Part shown: in pieces, positions 38,112-47,794 of the stretch
How the letters are laid out: the number at the start of each line of letters is the position of its first letter
Position numbering within the stretch: the stretch's first letter is position 1
Assembly (NCBI GenBank): GCA_030523275.1
Contig: JAUNIX010000003.1
Coordinates: 67,452-131,451 of the forward strand
Reading direction: 5' to 3'
From: Lachnospiraceae bacterium
Lineage (GTDB): Bacteria > Bacillota > Clostridia > Lachnospirales > Lachnospiraceae
Length of the DNA stretch: 64,000 nt
Notes under the pieces: generated by a model
The model's input: the letters and a program-made list of their open reading frames with translations, nothing else
What the model was told of the DNA's origin: nothing
Databases searched by the model: none
Program-made: the position numbers and the translations under genes

Positions 38112-39242
38112 ATGTATAAAATCATGACACCAGGACCGGTACAGGTCCCAGAAAATGTGCGCTTAGCGAGAAGTCGTTCGACGACAAATGCAGATTTAGA
38201 TCCAGTTTTTTATGATGAATATAAGGAATTATGTGAGTTGATCAGCGAACTGCTTCACACAAAGAATGAAACTTTGATTTTAAGTGGAGAAGGGATTCTT
38301 GGTTTGGAAGCTGCCTGTGCAACTTTGACAGAGCCGGGTGATCGTGTTCTCGTATTAGACAATGGAATCTATGGAGCAGGATTTGCAGATTTTGTGACGA
38401 TGTACGGCGGCGAACCAGTCTTATATACAACCGATTATTTAAATGAAATCGATGTGGATGCATTTGCCGAATTTTTAAAGGACAATCATGATTTTAAATA
38501 TGCAGCCGTTGTTCACTGTGATACTCCAAGTGGAGTGTTAAATGACGTACATCGTATTTGTCCATTATTAAAATCTTACGGTATTTTGAGTGTCGTTGAT
38601 TCGGTATCTGGCATGTTTGGCAATGAATTAGATATTGATCAGGGCCAGATGGATATTGTCTGTGGAGGTTCTCAAAAAGCAGTATCAGCTCCTCCGGGAC
38701 TTACTTTTGTAACAATCAGTGATGATGCGAAAAAAGCTATGGAAAATAGAAAAGTGCCAGTTGCTTCGTTCTATTGTAATTTAAATATTTTTAAAGACTA
38801 TTATGAAAAACAGTGGTTCCCTTATACAATGCCAATCAGCGATATTTACGGACTTGTAGCAGCGATGGAAAATATCAAAAACGATGCTGATCTGTATACA
38901 CGTCATCATAAAATCGCAGTGGCAACGAGAAAAGCGATTGAAGAAGCAGGACTTACCAATCATTTACAAAGTGGTTTTTCCGATACCGTGACTGTCTTTA
39001 ATGTACCAGAAGGACTGACTGCAAATGATATTTTAAATCGTATGCAGGAAGCACATGGCATTATGTTGGCTGGTTCCTTTGGTGATTTGGAAGGAAAAGT
39101 CATCCGTATTGGACATATGGGTGCGAGTGCCAACGAAGCAGATATGATCGCAACCTTGGCAGCTCTTGACGAGACTTTGGCTTATCTTGGATGGGAAGCA
39201 AAAGCAACCTTAGTAGAAAGCTTTCAGAAGAATTTTGTTTAA
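38112..39242 (+). CDS. class V pyridoxal-phosphate-dependent aminotransferase (alanine-glyoxylate/serine-pyruvate type)
   Basis: ORF 37977-39242; ATG at 38112 after GGAGG. MTPGPVQVP start and GGSQKAVSAPPG (PLP Lys). Confidence 0.7.
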   Translation: MYKIMTPGPVQVPENVRLARSRSTTNADLDPVFYDEYKELCELISELLHTKNETLILSGEGILGLEAACATLTEPGDRVLVLDNGIYGAGFADFVTMYGGEPVLYTTDYLNEIDVDAFAEFLKDNHDFKYAAVVHCDTPSGVLNDVHRICPLLKSYGILSVVDSVSGMFGNELDIDQGQMDIVCGGSQKAVSAPPGLTFVTISDDAKKAMENRKVPVASFYCNLNIFKDYYEKQWFPYTMPISDIYGLVAAMENIKNDADLYTRHHKIAVATRKAIEEAGLTNHLQSGFSDTVTVFNVPEGLTANDILNRMQEAHGIMLAGSFGDLEGKVIRIGHMGASANEADMIATLAALDETLAYLGWEAKATLVESFQKNFV

Positions 39243-39264
39243 AATACTTTCTTTTCTAATACAT

Positions 39265-39310
39265 AAAAATTCCGCAAAAACATAATCACATATGTTTTGC
39301 GGAATTTTTT
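39265..39310. terminator. bidirectional terminator between convergent genes
   Basis: AAAAATTCCGCAAAAACATA pairs with TATGTTTTGCGGAATTTTTT. Confidence 0.75.
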
Positions 39311-39322
39311 GTATATTTCAAA

Positions 39323-40252
39323 TTATTTTACATAACTGATCAATACACGGCTTTTGCCTTTTAAGGTAATTTCTTTACAATCAGCCGGTACAAAAATATT
39401 TTCTGTAAAGGCAAATGGCATCGATTCACCATCATATAAAATTTCACAGTCTGTTCTCACATTGCTTAGTCCATAAAATGTCTTGCCATTTGGTGTTAAA
39501 TGGAAGGTTCCGTCAAAATCAACTAATTCAACGGTAAATTCTTCGCGGTCAAGAATGGTTATTCTTTGTTCATCCATAAATGGATAAGATGATTTTTCAC
39601 ACTGTTTGGTGCAGTCAACGACATCAAAACATTTATCTAAATGCAATTCACGTTCTTTTCCGTCGTCCCCTTTACGATGATAGTCATAAAAACGGTAAGT
39701 CGTATCACTGTTGGTACCGATTTCCAATGCCAAAATTCCCGGTCCTAGTGCATGCAATTGTCCGGCATCAATACAGATAAAATCTCCGTTACACATTTCG
39801 ATTTTATTGACAATATCCATAATCTGATCATTGTAAACCGCTTCCTTTAATTCTTCTGTGGAGGAAGCAGTTGTGCCAGCAATTAACTTGGAACCAGGAT
39901 CGACATCGACCATATACCAGGATTCGGTTTTACCTTCGTCATTTTCATGAATTCGAGCATACTCGTTTTGCGGATGTACTTGCACAGACAAAGATTCTTT
40001 GGCATCCAAAAAGGCGAGACGTAACATTTGGCTTCGATCTTTTTCACCGAGCATTTGTTCTGGGTATTCATCTAATAATTGCATCAATGTTTTTCCCTTT
40101 CGTTCGCCGTTTAAAATAATATTGTCTGCATGTGGATGAGCACTGATGTCCCAGCTTGTACCATGAATTTCTGGATTTTTTCGAATTTTTGCTAATTTGT
40201 CATTGCCCCAAATACTGTCCCAGTAGACTGGTTTTAGCTTAAGCGGATACAT
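39323..40252 (-). CDS. class I mannose-6-phosphate isomerase family protein
   Basis: [16 protein letters not shown] start, QVHP and ESWY motifs. Confidence 0.7.
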   Translation of the reverse strand: MYPLKLKPVYWDSIWGNDKLAKIRKNPEIHGTSWDISAHPHADNIILNGERKGKTLMQLLDEYPEQMLGEKDRSQMLRLAFLDAKESLSVQVHPQNEYARIHENDEGKTESWYMVDVDPGSKLIAGTTASSTEELKEAVYNDQIMDIVNKIEMCNGDFICIDAGQLHALGPGILALEIGTNSDTTYRFYDYHRKGDDGKERELHLDKCFDVVDCTKQCEKSSYPFMDEQRITILDREEFTVELVDFDGTFHLTPNGKTFYGLSNVRTDCEILYDGESMPFAFTENIFVPADCKEITLKGKSRVLISYVK

Positions 40253-40934
40253 GAGCTTTGTCCCACCCTTCTAAAATTTGGATGGAAGAGCTTGTGCCGA
40301 TTCGTGTTGCACCTGCATCGATCATGGTTGCACAAGTTTCCCAGTCACGGATGCCACCAGCAGCCTTTACCTGAACCTCTGAACCAACCGTTTCTTTCAT
40401 CAATTTGACATCTTCCACTGTGGCGCCAGAAGTACCAAATCCGGTACTCGTCTTGATAAAATCCGGTTTTACTTTCTTTGCAATTTCAGCAACTGCTTTG
40501 ATTTCCTCTTTGGTCAAATAACAATTTTCAAAGATAACTTTGATTAATACATCATTCTCACGGCAGACAGCAACCATCTGTCGCATTTCTTCCTCGATAT
40601 ATGCGAGATTTCCGCCCTTTAACTCACCGACATTGATGACATAGTCGATTTCATCTGCTCCGTCCTTGATTGCAACTTTGGTTTCTGCCACTTTTGTCTC
40701 GATTGGAGTCTGTCCAAGAGGGAAGGAAATTGCTGCTCCGACGTGAACCGGAGTATCTTTTAAAAATTCCTTACACCATTTGACAGGGGATGGATTAATA
40801 GCAACCATCGCTGTTTGTAATTCTTTGGCTTCGTCACAAATCTTTTTAAAATCATCTTTGGTTGCAAATGCTTTCAATAAAGTATGGTCAAACATACCGG
40901 CTAATTGTTCTCTTGTAATTGTTTTACTGTTCAT
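40239..40934 (-). CDS. deoC: deoxyribose-phosphate aldolase
   Basis: [18 protein letters not shown] (Schiff-base Lys) and VKAAGGIR. Confidence 0.8.
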   Translation of the reverse strand: MNSKTITREQLAGMFDHTLLKAFATKDDFKKICDEAKELQTAMVAINPSPVKWCKEFLKDTPVHVGAAISFPLGQTPIETKVAETKVAIKDGADEIDYVINVGELKGGNLAYIEEEMRQMVAVCRENDVLIKVIFENCYLTKEEIKAVAEIAKKVKPDFIKTSTGFGTSGATVEDVKLMKETVGSEVQVKAAGGIRDWETCATMIDAGATRIGTSSSIQILEGWDKAHVSA

Positions 40935-40947
40935 TTTAACGCTCCTT

Positions 40948-41820
40948 TTATTTAATAATAGAAAATCTTCTCAGGCAATTTTCAATGCCATCTTTTGTAT
41001 CTAAAAATGTTAAACCGGCTTCGGCAGCCTTTGTATTATCTAATCGTAATTCACGTGGGTTCTCGGCATTAAATTTGCTATTATCTGCAATCAATAATTC
41101 TTGGATTCTATTTTCTGCTAATCCGAGTTTTTCCATAATAAAACGTACAATCTCATATCTGCCATTGTTATTTGTTGAACCAAAGTGGTAAGTACCATAT
41201 GGAAGAGAGAATAATTTCTCTAAATTGACACAGATTTCGTCAACATCGGTCATACCACGGAACTCATATTCAGATGTTGTGATCGGTTTATTCTTTAAGA
41301 TCGATTGAATCGTATCCCATAAAATATTAGAACCAGCCGCACAATCTTTTTCTGGCAAGCCAAAGATCCATGTAAAACGTACAATCCAGTAATCACTGAA
41401 AATAGCAGGTAATTTCTGTTCTACTTCCCATTTATTTTTTCCGTAAACGGTATCTGGAACTGGAGTACTCTCCTCAGTATATGGACCAGGTTCAGATGAA
41501 CCATTAAAAAGCTGTTCGGTAGAAGTAAAGATCATCTTAGCTCCAACACGCTTGCACGCTTTGGCCATATAAAGGGCTCCGGATACGTTGACTGCATAAG
41601 CTTTCTCTGGGTGATCGATACAAAACTGCTGATTTGCAAGACCAGCTGCATGAATCACATAGTCTGGTTTTTCTTGATCCATAAAGATATCAATGGCTTC
41701 CTGGCTAGTGACATCAAGATCTTTGGAACTTAAAGCAAGAATATCATATTTGCTTTTCCACATTTGTTTGAAACGGGAACCGACAAAGCCACTTCCACCT
41801 GTGATTACGATTTTTTTCAT
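40948..41820 (-). CDS. NAD-dependent epimerase/dehydratase (RmlD-like reductase fold)
   Basis: [15 protein letters not shown] and DYVIHAAG; 290 aa. Confidence 0.6.
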   Translation of the reverse strand: MKKIVITGGSGFVGSRFKQMWKSKYDILALSSKDLDVTSQEAIDIFMDQEKPDYVIHAAGLANQQFCIDHPEKAYAVNVSGALYMAKACKRVGAKMIFTSTEQLFNGSSEPGPYTEESTPVPDTVYGKNKWEVEQKLPAIFSDYWIVRFTWIFGLPEKDCAAGSNILWDTIQSILKNKPITTSEYEFRGMTDVDEICVNLEKLFSLPYGTYHFGSTNNNGRYEIVRFIMEKLGLAENRIQELLIADNSKFNAENPRELRLDNTKAAEAGLTFLDTKDGIENCLRRFSIIK

Positions 41821-41876
41821 AGTTTGCCTCCTTATGATTTGTAAATGTAAAACTAGATTTCAAAATAATTAGTTTA

Positions 41877-42611
41877 TTATTTGATTTGTAGATCAATCTG
41901 AAAATCTGCATGAGCTCCATTGTAGCTGGCAACGGAATACTCAATGGCACGCCCAGTTGCATCTTTTCCTATTGTTTTACTGAGCATGACCGGGTCATTT
42001 TCATCCATCTCTAAATATTGAGCAATTGCTTTTGATGGTTTTGCAGCCTTTAAGTGCCTGCGGACACTCTGAACAGGATGTCCAATTGCTTCCATCTTTT
42101 CGTATAAAGATTCTTTTTCCATATCATACTGCAATAGATCTTTGCATAATTCATATGGTAAATAGGTTTCTAAATAAACGACAGGAATGTCATTGCTATA
42201 GCGAAGTCGAGTAAGACAAATTAGCGCATCTGTCTGTAGTATTTTGCTAATTTCGCTATCTGTGACCGATTCAAACTTTAAAACCTTTGTCTTAACCGAG
42301 CCTTCTGGACTCAATTCATTATGAAAGGTTGTCAATTCGCTCAAGAATTTATTAAAAACTTTCGGTTTTGTGACAATGGTTCCCTTCGAACGCTGTCTTT
42401 GCACATAGCCCTTGCTTGACAACTCTTTGTAAGCCTGTCGAATGGTCGGGCGGCTGATGCCAAGTGAGGATACCAATTCCTCCTCTGGCGGTAATTTGTC
42501 GCCTTCCTCATAGGTTCCATCTTTGATCAGTCCTTCAATATAGGAATAAAGTTGGAAATACAGAGGAATAGCAGAACTTTTGTCAATGATATTTTGTGTA
42601 AACAATTCCAT
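41877..42611 (-). CDS. GntR family (HutC subfamily, UTRA domain) transcriptional regulator
   Basis: LPPEEELVSSLGISRPTIRQAYKELSSKGYV plus a C-terminal UTRA-sized domain. Confidence 0.8.
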   Translation of the reverse strand: MELFTQNIIDKSSAIPLYFQLYSYIEGLIKDGTYEEGDKLPPEEELVSSLGISRPTIRQAYKELSSKGYVQRQRSKGTIVTKPKVFNKFLSELTTFHNELSPEGSVKTKVLKFESVTDSEISKILQTDALICLTRLRYSNDIPVVYLETYLPYELCKDLLQYDMEKESLYEKMEAIGHPVQSVRRHLKAAKPSKAIAQYLEMDENDPVMLSKTIGKDATGRAIEYSVASYNGAHADFQIDLQIK

Positions 42612-42640
42612 AAAAAACCCCTATCCTCATAATGTAATAT

Positions 42641-42650
42641 TGTAATTACA
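42641..42650. promoter_or_regulatory. palindrome TGTAATTACA upstream of the GntR operon (candidate HutC-type operator)
   Basis: Perfect 10-bp palindrome 30 nt upstream of the gntR start, resembling the GT-N-TA-N-AC operator type. Confidence 0.3.
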
Positions 42651-42728
42651 AAGTATGTTATTATCATAATTCTATTTTTCAAAAATGTCAATATACAAAT
42701 GTTATTTTCTCTTTAACCGCATAGTTTT

Positions 42729-43334
42729 TCATCTATGAAACACTCGATACCATTTGTACCCAATGTAAAAAAACGTTTCTCTGGCAACAAATGGTATTTT
42801 TGTTTTAATACTTTTATATGCACTGCTTTGTGTTGGTGATGAAAACGCCTCAATTCCCAAATCATTTGCCAATAACATAGACCGTTTCATATGCAAAGGA
42901 TCACTCACAATCAACGCTGATTTATATCCATTTTCCTCCATGATTTTTTGGGCATTTTCTAAATTTTCTTGAGTAATTGTAGATTTATCCTCTTCTAAAA
43001 TGGAATCCGTTGGTATTCCCATCGATTCCAGATATTTCTTTGCCATATATGCGTCTGTAAAATGATTTCCGTTGCCTTTTCCTCCGGTTACTATGATTTT
43101 ATCAATATCGCCTTCTTGATATAACTCAACTACATGGTTCAATCGTTGTTTATATACCTCCGAAACACCAGTGTCATTTGCAGCTGCACCTAAAACAATG
43201 GCAACATCACATTTCTTATTTTCATATACATTACTATATTTGCAAATAGAAATCACATTACAAGTGATATATACAATAATTATGCTAATAACCATGAACA
43301 CCAATGTTGTCATATGCATCAAAGTTTTTCTCAT
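42729..43334 (-). CDS. YdcF/DUF218 family membrane-anchored protein
   Basis: N-terminal TM segment, then VLGAA...IIVTGGKGNG...SDPLHMKR. Confidence 0.65.
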   Translation of the reverse strand: MRKTLMHMTTLVFMVISIIIVYITCNVISICKYSNVYENKKCDVAIVLGAAANDTGVSEVYKQRLNHVVELYQEGDIDKIIVTGGKGNGNHFTDAYMAKKYLESMGIPTDSILEEDKSTITQENLENAQKIMEENGYKSALIVSDPLHMKRSMLLANDLGIEAFSSPTQSSAYKSIKTKIPFVARETFFYIGYKWYRVFHR

Positions 43335-43534
43335 AAATGGGTTCTCCCTTCTTGCTCATATTATAACATTCCCATATTACATTGTCGTTCCTTTTTTGAA
43401 ATGCCAATATAAAATAGTATCTTCACGGTTGGATACAATAAGAGTTTCGCTTGCGTATCTACAATTTCTACATTATAATAGGTAATAATACTATGAATTA
43501 TTGTAATTTACGATGAAATAAGGAGGAAGCATTC

Positions 43535-45076
43535 GTGCAAAAAGAAATGATTATCGTCCTTGACTTTGGAGGACAATATAACCAGCTCATTGCAAGACGT
43601 GTCAGAGAATGCAATGTTTATGCAGAAGTACATCCATATACATTGGATTTAGAAAAAATCAAAGCGATGAATCCAAAAGGAATTATTTTTACTGGTGGGC
43701 CAAACAGTGTGTATGATCCATCCTCTCCAATTTATGATAAAGCAATTTTTGATATTGGAGTGCCAATCCTTGGTATTTGCTATGGCTCCCAGTTAGTAGC
43801 TCATCTGTTAGACGGTAAAGTGGAAACAGCTCCTGTCAGCGAATATGGTTACACAGAAACAACGGTGGATCGATCTTCTATTTTATTTAAAGATGTGGAA
43901 GAAAAGACAATCACATGGATGAGTCATACCGATTATATTTCAGAGGTACCAGAAGGATTTGTCAGAACTGCATATACAGATGTATGTCCAATCGCAGCTA
44001 TGGAATGTCCAGAACGCAAATTCTATGCAACACAGTTCCATCCAGAAGTAATGCATACCAAAGAAGGACAGAAAATGCTTAGAAACTTCGTATATGATGT
44101 CTGCGGTTGTAAAGGTGATTGGCAGATGGGTTCTTTCGTAGAAGAAACTATCAAATCGATTCGCGAAAAAGTCGGCGACGGAAAAGTTCTCTGCGCTCTT
44201 TCCGGTGGTGTTGACTCTTCTGTAGCAGCCGTTTTACTTTCCAAAGCAATCGGAAAACAGCTTACCTGTGTATTTGTTGACCACGGTTTACTTCGTAAAA
44301 ACGAAGGTGACGAAGTAGAAGCCGTCTTTGGCCCAGAAGGCCCATACGAATTAAACTTCATCCGTGTCAATGCACAGCAAAGATATTATGATAAATTAAA
44401 AGGAGTTACCGAACCGGAAGAAAAACGTAAAATCATCGGTGAAGAATTCATCCGTGTCTTCGAAGAAGAAGCAAAGAAAATTGGTTCCGTTGACTTCCTC
44501 GTACAGGGAACGATCTACCCAGATGTAATCGAAAGTGGTTTAGGCAAATCTGCTGTCATCAAATCACATCACAACGTAGGGGGACTTCCAGACGTAGTTG
44601 ATTTCAAAGAAATCATCGAACCACTTCGTATGTTATTCAAAGACGAAGTTCGTAAAGCCGGATTAGAATTAGGTATTCCAGAATACTTAGTTTACAGACA
44701 GCCATTTCCAGGTCCAGGACTTGGAATTCGTATCATCGGTGAAGTAACTGAAGAAAAAGTACGTATTGTTCAGGATGCTGACGCTATTTACCGTGAAGAA
44801 ATTGCGAAGGCTGGTTTAGACAAAGGACTTGGTCAGTACTTTGCAGGCCTTACCAACATGAGATCCGTTGGTGTTATGGGTGACTTTAGAACCTACGACT
44901 ATGCGGTAGCATTAAGAGCCGTAAACACAAGCGACTTCATGACAGCAGAATGTGCAGAAATTCCATATGAAGTGCTGTTTAAAGTGACAAGCAGAATTAT
45001 TAATGAGGTGAAAGGTGTTAATAGAGTTATGTATGATTTGACCAGTAAACCACCTGGAACGATTGAATTTGAGTAA
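43535..45076 (+). CDS. guaA: glutamine-hydrolysing GMP synthase
   Basis: GATase region ([22 protein letters not shown]), ATP-PPase SGGVDSS, and a C-terminal PPGTIEFE. Confidence 0.95.
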   Translation: MQKEMIIVLDFGGQYNQLIARRVRECNVYAEVHPYTLDLEKIKAMNPKGIIFTGGPNSVYDPSSPIYDKAIFDIGVPILGICYGSQLVAHLLDGKVETAPVSEYGYTETTVDRSSILFKDVEEKTITWMSHTDYISEVPEGFVRTAYTDVCPIAAMECPERKFYATQFHPEVMHTKEGQKMLRNFVYDVCGCKGDWQMGSFVEETIKSIREKVGDGKVLCALSGGVDSSVAAVLLSKAIGKQLTCVFVDHGLLRKNEGDEVEAVFGPEGPYELNFIRVNAQQRYYDKLKGVTEPEEKRKIIGEEFIRVFEEEAKKIGSVDFLVQGTIYPDVIESGLGKSAVIKSHHNVGGLPDVVDFKEIIEPLRMLFKDEVRKAGLELGIPEYLVYRQPFPGPGLGIRIIGEVTEEKVRIVQDADAIYREEIAKAGLDKGLGQYFAGLTNMRSVGVMGDFRTYDYAVALRAVNTSDFMTAECAEIPYEVLFKVTSRIINEVKGVNRVMYDLTSKPPGTIEFE

Positions 45077-45095
45077 TGAGTTTGAGTAAAAAAAT

Positions 45096-45137
45096 GGAGC
45101 TCGGAAATCCAGTGTTTATGCTGGGTTCCGGGCTCTT
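45096..45137 (+). terminator. guaA terminator hairpin
   Basis: GGAGCTCGGAAATCC pairs with GGGTTCCGGGCTC, followed by TT. Confidence 0.5.
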
Positions 45138-45146
45138 GCTATGTGA

Positions 45147-45168
45147 TTTGAGTACAGATTGAGTACAA
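45147..45168 (+). repeat. att-like doublet copy 1 (TTTGAGTACAGATTGAGTACAA)
   Basis: Resembles the guaA terminus ...GAATTTGAGTAATGAGTTTGAGTAA (45065-45088). It recurs at 54575-54595 and 55596-55616. Confidence 0.65.
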
Positions 45169-45174
45169 AAATTA

Positions 45175-46785
45175 CTATCGAGGAATTTCTGTAGGTAAAT
45201 AAGATGATAGAGCGGTTATTATTTCATCTCGACATGATGAATGTAGTAATGCAATTACGGTGGTACAGTAATCTTTGTCTTGTAATCCAATATAATGTCC
45301 AATTGACTTTGCGATGTTTTTTTCATTGAATATTTTGATTACTTGTGAATAATCTTGAGAAGCCATTACTGCTTGGAAGAGAGTTTCCTGTTCCTGCTTT
45401 ATTGTATCATAGTTAATATTTGCAAGTGCCGTATTCAGTGTCGCCTTTGCTTCAGAATTATTTTTCTTTGAGATTTCAATACAATTTAGCAAGTATTTAA
45501 TATGAGCAACAACACCTTGACATATTTGTTTTTGCATTTGATTACTGAAACGAGTATCTATGACATACTTTTTGATTTCGGTGAATACATCATCTGCTGA
45601 TTTTGCCATTCTTTCTGCCATAAAACGAATTAGCTCTTCAACAATAAAAAGGTTTTCAACTTCTGCGACTTCTAAAGTATAGATGCCATCCTGCTTGTAG
45701 GATTCAATTTCATATTCTGAACGATAATCTCTGTCAATGATGCCATATACTTGACAATTGTGAAGAGACATATTATTTCGAAAAGCCTTTGTGCGAGATA
45801 TTACTTGAGTGCAACTGCCGCAAGCAATAACGTGATAATTATTAAATATTTCAGAATATAGCTGAGTGTCGTAACTGTTGTTTTCACCTTCAACAAACAA
45901 TATGTTTTTTCGAGATCCAAGAATATCGAGTAATAATTCTTCTGGTAACTCGTTATTAATGATTTTTTCTAATTTCCAATTATTACCATCATATTCCTTG
46001 ATCCAGATTTTCTCTGCATTCGAGTGAAGGGATGCAAATTGTGTGTCATGAGTTATAAAAATAAATAAACAGTCAGTTCTATACTTTTCAAGTGAAAGCC
46101 ATAGACGATTCATAATTGAACGGTGCAGATGTACCTCAGGCTCGTCTATTATTAATATCTTGTTTTGAGGAACACATAATACTTGAGCTGTTAGATACAA
46201 TACAGCACGCTCACCATCACTCATCTGATTTGCGGAATATTGCTTTTTCATACCATTTTGTTCAAATGCAGCGTAAAATTTAGAGTCATCAAGAATGAGC
46301 TCTCGCTCTGGCAATACTTCTTTCCATATGGCTTTCAATTTATCAATGGATGTTTGAGGTATCGGTGGAGGCGTAGAGTTATTTTTTTTGGCAATTTTGC
46401 ATTCGGAAACAAACTGATCGTTTTCATTATTTTTTAGTCCGATTAATGCAGCAAGTACATTTTCGAAGTCATCCATCAGTTTGGTTGTATAACTTTTACC
46501 CCAATTCCATCGTTGATCTTTATGTGCATGGCAGTTTTTGTCATCTGAACCATAAAAGACAAAATCTTCAGCTTGAGAGTAACTTTTTAGTGCGATGTTT
46601 TCATTAAAATTTAAATTACGTTGAGCGCCGATTCGATGAACTTGACGATAGTTTTGTTGTTCAATCCAAGCGCCTAATTTGCTTTTTCCTGAGCCATTAG
46701 CACCTATTATTATTATTGAGCTGACATCTGTTGTAAAATCTACTTTTTTTCCTGTTTCATCAGGTAACCAATATGTAAATGACAT
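45175..46785 (-). CDS. fused ABC-type ATPase + DUF4435/Toprim (OLD-family / PARIS AriA-AriB-fusion-like) protein
   Basis: Walker A GANGSGKS, signature-like QMSDGERAV, Walker B LIIDEPEVHLH. C-terminal Toprim-like ILFVEGENNSYD and GIIDRDYRS. Confidence 0.7.
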   Translation of the reverse strand: MSFTYWLPDETGKKVDFTTDVSSIIIIGANGSGKSKLGAWIEQQNYRQVHRIGAQRNLNFNENIALKSYSQAEDFVFYGSDDKNCHAHKDQRWNWGKSYTTKLMDDFENVLAALIGLKNNENDQFVSECKIAKKNNSTPPPIPQTSIDKLKAIWKEVLPERELILDDSKFYAAFEQNGMKKQYSANQMSDGERAVLYLTAQVLCVPQNKILIIDEPEVHLHRSIMNRLWLSLEKYRTDCLFIFITHDTQFASLHSNAEKIWIKEYDGNNWKLEKIINNELPEELLLDILGSRKNILFVEGENNSYDTQLYSEIFNNYHVIACGSCTQVISRTKAFRNNMSLHNCQVYGIIDRDYRSEYEIESYKQDGIYTLEVAEVENLFIVEELIRFMAERMAKSADDVFTEIKKYVIDTRFSNQMQKQICQGVVAHIKYLLNCIEISKKNNSEAKATLNTALANINYDTIKQEQETLFQAVMASQDYSQVIKIFNEKNIAKSIGHYIGLQDKDYCTTVIALLHSSCRDEIITALSSYLPTEIPR

Positions 46786-46825
46786 AGACTATAACCTCTC
46801 TCAAATTGTAAAACTGTATAAAATG

Positions 46826-47434
46826 CTATAACGTTAATAACATTTGGCTTCTCTGCAATTCCAATTCCACTTTTTCTTTTGCCTCTGCTATTTCATCTAT
46901 TGCTGCTTGTGTAGCTTCATTTGGATTATCTCCAGCGGATTTCAAAGCACTCTGGTAGAGAAAGTTTATCTTCTCCCATTTCAATAAATCAGTAAATATC
47001 CTATAACTTCTGATATTCAATAAAGAATCCTGCAAAGACAGTGTATGTGCTTTCCCTCTGGCAGTATATCTGATTTCAAGATAAGAGGAAAGAACTGGAT
47101 TCAAACGAATGGATACGGTGCCATCCTTTAACAGCATATCTTCTCCTCGCTCTCCGCTGATCTGGATGATGCCAGAATTACAAAGCACCATAAGTACGCC
47201 CATCAGATCACCGACCGTTTCCAGACGTAGTCCGGCAGTATCACTGCAATTTAATGTGTTATAACTAACACCGAGTGCGGCTGCAATCTTCTCTAATTGA
47301 GGAGGCTGTGGCTGCATTTTATTTGTTTCGTATTTTCGTATAGAAACTGGATGGATGCCGGTCAGTTCGGCTAGCTTATCCTGGGTAATTCCAATTTGTT
47401 TTCGGCAATATTTGATTTTTTCGCCTATGGTCAT
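46826..47434 (-). CDS. XRE family HTH protein with a ~135-aa uncharacterised C-terminal domain
   Basis: IGEKIKYCRKQIGITQDKLAELTGIHPVSIRKYE. Located 40 nt upstream of the ATPase gene, which has its own GAGAGAGG RBS, with no terminator between them. Confidence 0.75.
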   Translation of the reverse strand: MTIGEKIKYCRKQIGITQDKLAELTGIHPVSIRKYETNKMQPQPPQLEKIAAALGVSYNTLNCSDTAGLRLETVGDLMGVLMVLCNSGIIQISGERGEDMLLKDGTVSIRLNPVLSSYLEIRYTARGKAHTLSLQDSLLNIRSYRIFTDLLKWEKINFLYQSALKSAGDNPNEATQAAIDEIAEAKEKVELELQRSQMLLTL

Positions 47435-47512
47435 TCCTGTCGTCCTCCATGTATCGAGATGGCTACATTATATCACGTATGAAAAAATTTTTCTACTGGC
47501 ATTTCAAAACAC

Positions 47513-47570
47513 TTGACAATAGCGATGTCGCTACATATAATAAAAACATAAAAAGTAGCGATAACGCTAC
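47513..47570 (+). promoter_or_regulatory. consensus promoter with two palindromic operators (divergent XRE / xis-int control region)
   Basis: TTGACA (47513-47518), 17-nt spacer, TATAAT (47536-47541). TAGCGATGTCGCTA (47520-47533) sits in the spacer and GTAGCGATAACGCTAC (47555-47570) lies downstream. Confidence 0.6.
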
Positions 47571-47593
47571 ATACAGAAAAGGAGGAATTTCAT

Positions 47594-47782
47594 ATGGCAC
47601 AGAACAACAAGATTTATATTACTGCAAATGAACTCGCAGAAATGCTTGGCGTTTCTGTAGGCCATGCCTACAAGTTGATTCGTAAGCTGAATCAGGAATT
47701 GGAAAAAGAGGGATTTCTGGTGATTGCCGGGAAAATTCCAAGACGTTATTTTGAAAAACGCTGGTATGGATACAGTATGTAG
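47594..47782 (+). CDS. excisionase-like small HTH DNA-binding protein
   Basis: 62 aa, ITANELAEMLGVSVGHAYKLIRKL. AAGGAGG RBS. Sits directly upstream of the integrase. Confidence 0.6.
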   Translation: MAQNNKIYITANELAEMLGVSVGHAYKLIRKLNQELEKEGFLVIAGKIPRRYFEKRWYGYSM

Positions 47783-47794
47783 GAGGTGTTTTGA

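Noticed and set aside
43335-43534. Purine (guanine) riboswitch upstream of guaA.
   Set aside because: The leader lacks the conserved purine-riboswitch core (the UAUAAU...GGAUAUGG...UUUCUACC...CCGUAAA pattern). Only a chance CAATTTCTAC and AT-rich promoter-like DNA are present.
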